Source: Fistulifera solaris
Lineage: Eukaryota
DNA length: 64,000 bases
Assembly (NCBI GenBank): GCA_030295235.1
Contig: AP026164.1
Location: forward strand, 2,294,001 to 2,358,000
Reading direction: 5' to 3'
Shown here: positions 11,241-22,016 of the stretch, in pieces
Numbering within the stretch: position 1 is the first letter of the stretch
Layout of the letters: every line of letters starts with the position of its first letter
Notes under the pieces: model-generated
Database searches by the model: none
Told to the model about the DNA's origin: nothing
What the model saw: only the letters and a program-made list of their open reading frames with translations
Translations under genes and position numbers: made by a program

Positions 11241-12242
11241 TACTTCTTCCTCGGACACCAATCGGGATGAAAGGCCCACGTGTTCATGAGGAAATGTTTT
11301 GTAGCAACCGTAGACACCGCAATCAAAGCGTGGCGCCATCGAATCCGTCAGTGCCTGTTCTTCGGGCCGAATGCGGCATAAATCTTCATCGACCGGTGGA
11401 GTTGCACGAAGCACGCTACAGCGGTCGAGCCACGTTTCGACGGCTGTTCCTATTACGGCACCGGTATCATCGATCAAGCCTTGGAATTGTAAATTTTGCT
11501 GGATAATAGCTCCATTTTTCAGTGCAATGAGTGCCGGTAAATTGTGATGGGGATCAATGTCGGAAAAATGTTTCGGATTCAGGAGGAGTGTCGACCTTCC
11601 ATCACTCCGCAAAAACAGCGTCCCCATGGTCTTGGGCGCCAACGTTCGTTCGAAATACAGATCCAACGACGCTGAGGCTGGACTGTCGGTATCAAACAAG
11701 TGCAACACACAAACGGGGGCTCGCAAGGCCACTCCGAGAACACGTGACGGATGCATTTGTCGCACCGACCCGTAGCCATGAAAACGGCGGATTTCGGTCT
11801 GTAGCATATTCCATTCGAGTTCGGCTCGTCTAAATTCATCCTCCGGTAACTCAGAGTCTTCTAGTAAATAATCAAATTCGTCTTCTTCTTCTTCTCCGTC
11901 CTCCTTTTTGATTTCCTCTATTTCGTCATTTTCTATTTCGTCTACTTTGCGTAATTGTTGCTTCAGTTGAATCAAAGCCCAGTATTCTCCTCCATCCTGA
12001 TTCGGATCAAAACAGCAGCGACAATCCTCAGGTGTAATCAGATTTCGACGCTGTCGTTCACGCGCCGCAACGACATCGTGCTTTGACAAGGTGGCCATGA
12101 GCGCGTTGCCTTTCCGATTCGTTTCAATCTCGCGCTGACAACACGATTCCAATGTCGGATCAATGTCATCCAAGTCGGGTCGTTTGACATGCACGGGGCT
12201 CCCAGTCCTTCCAGCCGGTTTGCTTGGAACATTATTTGACAA
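11229..12242 (-). CDS. Phosducin-like thioredoxin-fold protein with C-terminal Cys/His motif; start uncertain
   Basis: Acidic N-half with EFRRAEL, then VCVLHLFD..S.ASASLD..LA...GTLFLR and LPALIALKNG (phosducin-like). C-terminal CGVYGCYKTFPHEH. Confidence 0.6.
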   Translation of the reverse strand: MSNNVPSKPAGRTGSPVHVKRPDLDDIDPTLESCCQREIETNRKGNALMATLSKHDVVAARERQRRNLITPEDCRCCFDPNQDGGEYWALIQLKQQLRKVDEIENDEIEEIKKEDGEEEEDEFDYLLEDSELPEDEFRRAELEWNMLQTEIRRFHGYGSVRQMHPSRVLGVALRAPVCVLHLFDTDSPASASLDLYFERTLAPKTMGTLFLRSDGRSTLLLNPKHFSDIDPHHNLPALIALKNGAIIQQNLQFQGLIDDTGAVIGTAVETWLDRCSVLRATPPVDEDLCRIRPEEQALTDSMAPRFDCGVYGCYKTFPHEHVGLSSRLVSEEEVLGR

Positions 12243-12539
12243 TAGGCGTACAAAAAAAATAAAGAAAAGATTGAATAATTAGCAATCGCCAAGTTTTTTA
12301 TGCACGACGCACAAATAAATGAGGCGACTCGCTCTTTCTTTTCCCCGTCGTGCATGAGCGAGTGGATGACAGACGCTTTTGGTACCTCGGGTATTGACGC
12401 CTATTTTTTACGATGTACTTAAGTGATTGAGCTACTGTGGTTTGCATCCATGTAAGTGTAATAATGTACCGTGTACCAAAGCGCGTACCATATGAAGTAT
12501 CAAGAGAATAATTCAAGTCAATACACTTTAGCTATAAAT

Positions 12540-14987
12540 CTAAGATTTTCGCCTCCTCTTCTTCGCTTCGTGTCCAATTTGCTTCTTGCCCCGTTTCATG
12601 CCGCCCTGATTGTTTTGGTTAAGGCCCTTCTTACCCCGTCCTTTGGAGCGAGCTTCAAAACTAAACTTGGACATGGTAAAATTCTTCTTGCGCTTTTTTC
12701 TCTTCGTTGGTTGATCCTCCCTCGCGTTGTTTGGCTTCGAATTTAGTTCGTCCGGCAATAACTTTCTCAAGTCGCTCGGCCTTGCTCTGTCGCTTTCGCC
12801 TCGCGTCGGCCATGATGTCCTCTGGATTCACGGCCCCGGCAATCTTGATTCGATTCGCTTCATCTTCATCTTCGCTGTCGTCACTTAAATCTTCCAAGTC
12901 CTGACCACGTGCCTTGGCTCGTTTGCGGCGTGCCGCTTCGCGAGGATCTTCTCGGGCACGTCGTTCGAGTTCCACCAATTTGCGCATCTTTTCAAAATCG
13001 GAAGCAGTGAAAACGCGTTCCGACGACACTTTCTGCTTCAATAGTTCACGTTCCTTGGGTGTCATTTTAGAAACATCCGGAATAGCAGAGTCTTCTTCTT
13101 CTTCATCATCTTCTTCTTGTTCCTCCTCGGCGTCGAGATTTACCAAATTGGGAGCCTCGTCGTCATCGACTTCCTCCTCCGCCTCATCATCCTCATCAAC
13201 GTCACTCGCATCCTCGACATCTTGCCATTCCCCAGATACATCATCATCGCTACCTTCAGAACCTTCGTCTTCTGCATTCTGGGCTTGCTTCTTTTGCTTA
13301 GCTGCTTTCTTTGCCTCGTATTCATATAGTAGTTCGGCACCTTCTACTCCTGAGGCTACTTTCTTTTCTCCGTACCGAAGCGGTTTGGCACCTGCCTTGT
13401 GCAAAGCTGATCCCTTGAGGCCTCGATTCTTACCCTGAAGCAATCCAGGGTAAACATCTCTGACAAAATTAAGCCAGCCCTTACCGGCAATAGCCACACT
13501 GCGATCGCGATGATTGCCGAATGCTGCCAAGTCTCGAGCAAACGCTTCAATGTCCATTGTTGTTGAGTTTGTGATGCCATCTACCTCTTCTGTGGAGAGA
13601 GATGATGGGACTCTCGTGCAAATAGCTCTGGCGGCGTTGATACCTACGGCCATCTGTTCCTCCGAGCAGCGTTCAGTAATAAAATTGTGCGCAATCGTCT
13701 TCAAGATTCCGTGAATTTCGTCGGGTGGGACATTCTCGTGACATGCCTGTACAGCATAGGCAAGAATGGCCGTTACATCGCGCTGATGACCACCCATGTA
13801 CTTTTGCAAGAATGAATACAGCGGCAACAAGATCAGCTCGTGATTACCCACCAAGCGGGTCACAAAGTTGATCATCAGTAACTTTACTTGGTATTTGTAG
13901 GCCGAATTATTTGACCGCAATTTCTTGAACACGGCTTCAGCAAGACCTTGCGGATCGCGCAATAGCTCAATGGCGGGGTACAACTTCTTGCACGCTTCAA
14001 CACCTTTGTCTTTGTCAGGGTTCATATTCATTTCCATCCACTCGTCTTGCAGCTCGCGCTTCTTTTGTGCCTTAACTTTGTTTTTGAGTTGTCGATTCAC
14101 GTGCCTTTCTCTAGCCGCCGTCTTTTTTGAATGCGAATGATAATCGATGGCATTCTTTTCACTCCAGTCTACTTCTTCCTCCGCAGCGTCATCTTCGGCC
14201 ATTTTTTCCTCAATGTTTAAGAAGAATCGCATCGCCCGACACATAATGGTAACATTGGGCGACAAAACCGCTGAAGCGACAATCGCCACAGTCCTCTCTT
14301 CCGTCCATATCCGTCTTCTGTACAATTCGCAAACCAAATCGGTGGCTCGTTTCGCGGCAACGTCAGTGGACGACTCTTCCTCTCCGGACGCGGACACTTG
14401 GTGTCCACTGATTAGTTTGTGAAGAAAGGTTTGAATCGAGCGATTAATGGTGTCATCGCGCTTGCCTTTTTGTTAATATTACGAATATCATTGACCAGAT
14501 GATGATACAACAGTTCTCTCAGTTTCTTGTCGGGGACCACCGCCATGATACGAAAGAACAGTTCGAGGATGCGGATTGGTGGTAGTACACCCTTATTTCT
14601 CATTAGAATGAGTGCGGAGACGCACGTTTTGCGAACATCACGGTGAAGCGCTGTCACAGGCAAAGAGGAGCTGATCATCACACTGTTCTTTTCCTCGGCA
14701 GTCTGTTCTCCGACCAAAAGCCCGATGAGTAAATTCGCAATATGGTCAGCATGTGTCGCTTTATAAGAACTACTCGATACAGCGGCAGCAAATTGGATAA
14801 GCTCAATGAGTCGAGCGGATGGCTCCGTAGCGGGCTGCAAAGCAAGAATTCCCAACTCCGACTCAAGACGCCGCACTTGAGCCTCAAAGTCTTCTTTGTA
14901 TCCGGAAGGATCTCGCTTGCACAAATTCTGCAATTGCGGTAGCTTGAGCGTCACCTCCACGCGTTTCCCTGTTCCTGATCCACCCAT
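12540..14987 (-). CDS. SDA1: SDA1 ribosome biogenesis protein, frameshifts near 14465 and 12697
   Basis: LPQLQNLCKRDPSGYKEDF, ELYRRRIW, NFITERCSEEQMAVGINA and GGSTNEEK..KKNFTM, the SDA1 N-, middle and C-terminal signatures. Confidence 0.93.
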
Positions 14988-15316
14988 ATTTCACTTCGAG
15001 CACTGATCCTTGGCTATATGAATTCAACTTTTGCGTTTGAGCTTGAAAAGAGAATGAAGCTCTCTCTTTAAACAAGTAAAAGAACAAAAACGTAGTGTCT
15101 TCAGGTGTCCGGCGAAGAAAAAGCGGCAACAAGTTTTTGGGTGGCCAGCTTGGTGTAGGATGGGCGGACGGACGACCAAAGTATTCGACCCCAATCCTTA
15201 CCCCTAACTAGCCTCAACACCCGTCAACCCTACTTCCCATCATCATATTTAGCACACCACTATTTCTTTGTAATGCCTAATTTCGGACGAACGAAAGAAA
15301 CTATAATCGCTATCGT

Positions 15317-18300
15317 TTAGGCTGCAATGCCTTGAGACATGTACTGGTAAAGGTCGTACTGACGCGTTCCGTATGACGTCGTTGCTTGCTTGATGAGATC
15401 GAGAGCAAAAGCAACTGTTTCTTCTTTCGTTTTGTTCGGACAAAAGCGATCCCGTAATTTGTCTAAAAATTCGTTGGTATCCTTTCCCTCAAAACACTTG
15501 AAGGTACTATCCTCGCAGGTAATTTCAACGATTGTCAGAAATGTATCGCGGTAGGCTTGCAGTGCCAAGAAACCGCAACAAAAGAGAGTGACAAACTCGG
15601 AAAATAGAGAGGATCGTAAGCCACCCATAACGTCGAGCATTTCTTCCGTGAGTTTGAACGGTGTTGACATTTCGAGACTAAACGAGCCGCCTGGAGCAAT
15701 TCCGAAGACGAATCCGAAATCAATATGAATGACGTGGCCTGCTGTATCCAGCAGAAGGTTTCCGTTGTGTCGGTCTTTAAACAGGAAGAAGTAGGACATT
15801 AAAGAATAAGCCGCCAGACTATGAACAAAGTTCATTTGTGCAGATCTGAAGGCTTCACTTGGGTCTGCCGTGAACTCTGTCATTCTCCTGAAATGCTCTC
15901 GTAGTCCTCCTTTTCCGTACCCTGGTCTTTTCTTCAGGGCGTCGAACGACATTGCATTCCGAACCATTTCTATAACACCCGTTGTTCGTCCTGTCGCGAG
16001 GATACGGTACGGACTGACCCATAGTTCTAATCCGGCCAAGTCAAAGGCTTCTTGACACAGTTCAACCAATTGCATAACGAAGGCTTCCTGCCGTAAATCG
16101 TCGTTCGACTTGACGATCACACCAAGCAAATCCCATCCAGGCAAAGTTCCTTCAGGACTAGACGACAAGATCCGTGATTTCTTTTCGGCCCACCTCTCTC
16201 CAAATGCAAATCTACCCCAAAACGCGGAATCCTCGTTCAGCTTATCAACGTTTTCCGAGTCTAGAAGCACAGAATGTCTAATAAAAGCAGCATCCTTCTT
16301 CACCAGTTCCAGTAGTTCAGCATTATTAACCATTCCACCTTTCCACAGAGTTAAGGCTTTCAAAACAGCAGGTGGAACAGGTCCACAGCCAACCAGCCTT
16401 GGGTCAATATCCCCAGCATCAATTGTTGTGACTTCATCTTCCTCTGAACAGTCGTTTCCTGGCTCTTCATCGCCGAGATTATTACCGGACGCAACTCGAT
16501 TAAGTGATACGTGCTGCAAAACTTTAGCTGCATCGATTGCGCTTAGTTTCCCCCTGAGCAACACGAGTTTGAATTAGTAACAACCGTATAGATTCCATCA
16601 CTTCGTCTTCTTCACATGTCTGAGCAGGTTGGGCATCATCCTTCCCGACTGGCTGTACAATGGACGATTTGTCTTCGTCCGAACTACCCTCCTTTTCGTT
16701 GCGGAGTAAAAGCTCGGTTGCTCGCTTTCGTTCGAGCTCCTGGAGGCTACGTTGTATTGATATTGCAGTACCTGCTGCGATAGAGTTACCTTGCATACCA
16801 CGCAGCATGATTGCGTTCAGCACATCACGACGGACATCCCCGGTAGGAGCTAGCGAATTGTGAGAGTCATCGAAGCTACCCTGCTTCGAATCGAGAAGCC
16901 CTCTTGTAGCAGTTTTTCTTTCTTGTTGAACTGACCAGATCATCCGATTCTCCTTTGCGTCGCTATCTGCGAGGTCGGTTTCGTCACCCGCGCTAGTTTC
17001 TACTTGATCTTCAAATGAAATTTCGTTAAGCGTTGCGGTGACATCCGCGTCCATGTTGGAGCTCGCTTTGATGTCTGGTAAAACAATATCTTTCAGTGTC
17101 TGTACAGCAACAGAATTTACTATATCCTCAACATCCTTTCGCGGTGTCCTAGGTCGACTTCCTCCTGCTTCCAACACCGACGTCTTTCTGGTGCCTGCAC
17201 CGACAAAACAAGTTAATCTCTTAGTTCAGTTGCATCCTCCAATGAATATCATAAGGAAAGTGTACAAGAATATTTACCTTTGGGGGTATGGAGAGGACTT
17301 GATGACGCACTCTCTTCCCTCTCATCGGTTTCTGCCCTTTCACGTTCGTGAAAAACTTCAAGTACGTCGCCACCTTCGCTTTCTTCCGTGCACGTGTTGG
17401 CTTCACTTATATCCGCTTGTTGATGAACCCTTTGTCTCTCATCTAGCTTCTCTTCCTCTTTACTAGCTCCTTCGTCCACGACCTCCATTAACAAAAAGCA
17501 CGGGGGTCCTTTCCTTACTTTGAAAAACATGACCTTCGGCACTTGGAATCCGCATAACACGGATGTAATCGTCTCTTACTCTGTTTAAAGGATCGCCACC
17601 CATGGTACCTGAAGAATTTAGCAATTCGAGCTCTTGTTCCAAAATGGAAGCTCTCTCGGAAACATCTTTGTGCCTTAACTTCTCCGCAATATCTGAAAGT
17701 CTCCGCGTGAAATTAAGATGACACGAAAAATAGTCAGCATTCTTAGCAACTCGCAGTTTTTCGAGAACAGCCTCTTCGGGTAGTAATTCATTTTGTGTCC
17801 GTAAAAGTAAACCCATGCGTCCCGATCGACACAGTTCAAAGGTTGGACGCATCCGCATTTCTTGAATCTGCTGCATGCGCTCTTGCAGCAGCTGCACCTG
17901 ATGGCCCGTGGGGAAAGCATGTTGCGTAACGATACAGATCCACCACCCCAGCAGCCTTCAAAATCGAATAGAACTGATTCAAGCTCACAAACAAATCGTA
18001 ACACGGCATGCCTTCGTCGTCGACAGGATGTCGAACACGAAGGATTACCAAGCGATTCTTCTAAATCAGCAGTGTGACTCCAAACAAGATCCAGCGCTAA
18101 ATGGACTGAATAGCGACACGACACCGTAATTAAGAAGTCCTCATATAACTCGATGCGTCGAGCTTCCGATGTGTTGGCGGCGGGTAGCATGCGTAAATGT
18201 ATTTGGCATATTTGGGGCCAGTAGAAGCCTACAGTCGTCGTTTCACCTTCTTCGCATAATTCCAACAGGAAGTCTAATATACAAATCAGGATATCATCCT

Positions 18301-19593
18301 GAGCGCTGCCCCGTCGAGATGGTGATGACAACGCGCTTTCAAGTAGCAACTTCATAGCACAACCTAAGTCGCCTGAAACTCGAAAGGCCTGCTTCTTCAA
18401 CGCTGCCACACTTTCATGCGACTCTTTCCGCTTCTTTGTCTTTTCATCCAGTTGCTCCAGGAAATCTGGGGCCCCAATAATTCCGTCTTCTAAATTTTTG
18501 CGAAGCGATTCTAAAAAGGCGATGCCGTGGCCAAGCGCCCGAATTGTGTTGGGTCTCGGACGACTTCCAACAAGGCCACCGTCGACGCGGAATTAGGTGG
18601 TAAATGAATCCATGATTGTTTCATATTAGGTGAATCTTCCACGGATTGCCATGAATCGGGAGGAGAGGGTGTACCGTCAGTGTCACGATCTACCTGCGAC
18701 CACGATTCCGTCGACCCCGAGTTATCCTTTATGTCTCCCTCCATTGGCTCCTCAGAATAGTCTTGTTCCGACGACTCCGATTTCATTTGCGGCTCTAACG
18801 CGAGAATTGTCTTCCAACACATGTCCCTTGCCTTTTCCAGTACTCGCTGTTCGTGCTGCGCTGCTTGCAACAGTAATTTGTAAAACTCAACATGTTGGAG
18901 CAGCCCCTGTGCTGTCGCACAATCTTCACACAAATCAACTTTCCCTTCGTAACCGTATTGCGTCATGGGCGCGACATTCGATCCAATTGATTTGGTACCG
19001 ACTAGGTTGATACTCGCGATCGAGCTCGAATTGGTTTTCACGGGAGACGCCACCGGAGGTTTTCCACCCTCGACGGCACCACACGAGACGCAGTAGCTGC
19101 GGTTGGAGCGTACAAACCGCTTGATTTGTGCTTGCGGTTCGGGCGGGAGCAGCGTCGGTTCGGATATAAAGTCGCCCAAGGAAAGTTCCAGACCGGCTTG
19201 AAATGCTGCTAGCCACACGTTACGGCATTCTTTCGATGTCGCCTGGCAAAGGAGGTGCGTGCCTTGATTCGACACCAGTCGGAAGGAAATCTCGTACGTG
19301 TCTTTGACCGATGCCGAGGCTCCGACGACATAAAATACAACATTCGGAGGGTCCCTTCGGCTCCATACTAGCTGACTTTCGTAGCATTCGAGTCGACAAC
19401 CCACAAGAATACAGTAATCGCAGCTTCGTGCATCGGGTGAGGCACTTGACGATACCGAAATAGATAGCGAATTCAAGGAGGCACCGAATTCAGAGGAAGA
19501 CCCAGAGACAGGCTCTTTTTGTCGCCATAATGTCCCGGAACAGACACCGTCTTTTCGAGTTGCCGAGTAATACGAGGATGAAATGACGTTCAT
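15317..19593 (-). CDS. Phosphatidylinositol 4-kinase (type III beta-like) with N-terminal PH-like domain; several indels and an intron near 17195-17275
   Basis: Kinase motifs IVKSNDDLRQE, FKDRHNGNLL, HIDFGF and PFKLTEEM; VGFYWPQICQ and FQSKERTP segments; N-terminal PH-like region ending CRNVWLAAFQ. Spread over six ORF pieces. Confidence 0.88.
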
Positions 19594-20336
19594 CGTCTTT
19601 TAGGTTTTTTGTATGCGTGATTGAACTATAACTTGCTGCGCCGCGAATCTTTCGCGGTCTCGACTGCAAAGGAAATGGAAATGCAAGTCAACTGAATTCG
19701 TAGAAGTGACTGGAACTACATGAACTACAGAAGTGGCTGATTGCGCAAATTGACGTCGCTTTTACTTCTACCATGGTCATCATCATCGTTGCAAAAGCAA
19801 AACGCTAATCAAAGTTTGTGATACAGTTTACCCTATTGTAGAGACCACGATGTCTGGTTTGAAGTAGCGACCGGTACTGCATTTTGCGTACAGAAGGACA
19901 GAAAGTGTCTTTCTGAGACATGTCTCATAGGAGTAAGTAGAAACCCAACTACTCTACAGACTTATTAATTAAGACTGAGTGCTACTTGGTACAGCGAGCC
20001 GACTTTCATCGCGTAAAAGCTCGAGTGAACTGTCGAAGCTAGGGCCTGCCAGCATAGTTTCAAGGAAAGGACTCACTAGTTTGTGCATGGTGCTAGGGTT
20101 TGGCTATAATTCGCAGTTAGCGGCATCACGTTATGCGACGACAACATGGCGGAAAGCTAAAGACATGAATAAAATGCAACAATCAAAGAGTGTTCAAAAG
20201 CGAAATAGTTCTCAATTGCCACAGGTCATGACAATATTAAATTGTAAATGAGCTTTAACAAATAACTGTATCAATGACACAAGCCTTGACTCTGACTTGG
20301 CTTGGAATGGTACCGATAAATTGAGGTCGGGGTCTC

Positions 20337-21521
20337 TCACAAAAAAAGTCTGGCGTTGATCTCTTCCCATAATTCCCAGCTCCTTTTCTTGTTCTCGTCA
20401 TCCCAGGGTGATTCATACAGAATGGCCTTAGCTGCTAGTGTTCGCGCTTCCTCCATATGTCCGATACCTTTATATGCACGGGCCAACGTATGATGGGCAC
20501 CCGGATCCGTTCTTAACCCTTTGAGAGTTGCCTCTCCAAGTGAAATGACCAGATCATGATTTTTCATATTGTAGGCACATACCTGGAAATTGTGGAAGAG
20601 CTCATGTTGCTGAATAATCGACATTTCCGGGCCCACTTGGAACCCCTCATGAAGAAATAGATACGTGTCTGCCGCAGCTTGTCAGTTTTCCAGCTTCATT
20701 TGCAACTCGGCAATTTGTCAATGCAATTGAACCAAAGCCTCCTTACGAAGGACACTACCCGGGGTTCCAAGATTAAGCTTCTTCACTTCTTCGTTGAAAT
20801 CAAGGTTCATGGCCCTACATTTCATCATGATCGCTTCAATCTTTGCACCTTTCTCTGCCATCTCGGTCCATTCCGGAATTGCGTCTTGTAATTCTTGCAA
20901 GGCAACCTTACTTTCTCCTCGCAAACTGAGAAGTCTGGCTCGATCGTGCGTAAAGACAATCTTCATACCGGGCCCGCCGTTGTCACACACTTTCTGAACA
21001 TCCGCCAGCGCTTGGTCCAACAACTGGTGGCGATCTTCGACCGACAAATCACCCCGCTGCACGCGGGCGGTAATCAAGCTGACTCTGGCCGCCATGGACT
21101 GAGAAAGATCCGGAATTTCCGAGCGACAGTACGGACAACTCGCTCCGCTGGAGGTTCGGCGACACGCCTGATAGTGGATGAGACAGGCATAACAGAACGC
21201 GTGCTTGCACTTGTTGAAAACGATAGGACCGATAATGGTTTCCTCCAGGTAGATTCCACAAGGCCCAGCCGTCTCTGCGTTACCCTCGGAAATGCCCGTT
21301 ATATCTTCCATTTGATTCAAATCATCTATTACCGCCGTCAACCGCTTCATCTTGTCCACCGAGTGACAGACGACTTTGTGTCGTTTCCAAGCCGCTTTCT
21401 GGCAGTCGCGGCTGCAGTAGTAGACCGTTTTACAATTCGAACACCGGTGGGCGGGATGTTTTTGTCCGCAGCGTTCCGCGTCGCACGTAATGTAGCGTCG
21501 TAATGTTTGCTCGTCTTCCAT
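20337..21521 (-). pseudogene. MYND zinc finger-RING-TPR gene with two in-frame TGA stops (pseudogene or readthrough)
   Basis: MYND (CSNCKTVYYCSRDCQKAAWKRHKVVC), RING (CGIY..CKHAFCYAC..CPYC) and TPR-like helices. TGA at 20718-20720 and 20682-20684, in frame with ORF 20337-20636. Confidence 0.75.
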
Positions 21522-21684
21522 GATGATGATTCTTTGTCGGGCTGTTTAGGGATCCGAGAATAACTTGTTTGTTGCTCTTGTCGAAAGAAAGATTGCAGCG
21601 GTGTGAGTAGGAGCTAACGATTAAAAAAAAGAGTTGTAAGAATTGGCAATCATGAAGTGTTCCTATTATCAATGAGTAACTGGC

Positions 21685-21694
21685 TATTATTATT

Positions 21695-21738
<44 letters not shown>
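21685..21738. repeat. (TTA)n(TTG)n microsatellite
   Basis: Directly visible trinucleotide run. Confidence 0.95.
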
Positions 21739-22016
21739 CAATTATCCGGGACTGAAATTGAGTCTCGCCGGAAAGGGAGCCTACATTTAACCCTAAAGTA
21801 GTTACAGACACATCTTATTATTATTTAGTGGCAATAATACTTTGCACGTATAGTAAAAACCCTTATTTAATGCGATTACCGGGTACCGTACCCCGAAGTA
21901 AACGTTTTCGACGTCTCCATTACTTTTTGCGTTCATTAACAGTATTAACCGTATTATTAACATCGTTCAAGAGAGTGTGCCTTCAGGGACTGGACTGATT
22001 ATGAACACGACGAGTT

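Noticed and set aside
12914..13438. Ser-rich 174-aa ORF on + strand
   Set aside because: Antisense shadow of the acidic region of SDA1; the same applies to most short ORFs overlapping real genes.
19914..19927. Perfect 14-bp palindrome TGAGACATGTCTCA
   Set aside because: Single occurrence with no supporting context; compatible with chance.
20682..20720. In-frame TGA codons as selenocysteine
   Set aside because: The positions are in TPR-like helices where Trp/Arg/Leu is expected, not at redox Cys sites, and no SECIS was recognised.
21430..21741. ORF starting with poly-Thr/poly-Ile
   Set aside because: It is a translation of the (TTG)n/(TTA)n microsatellite.
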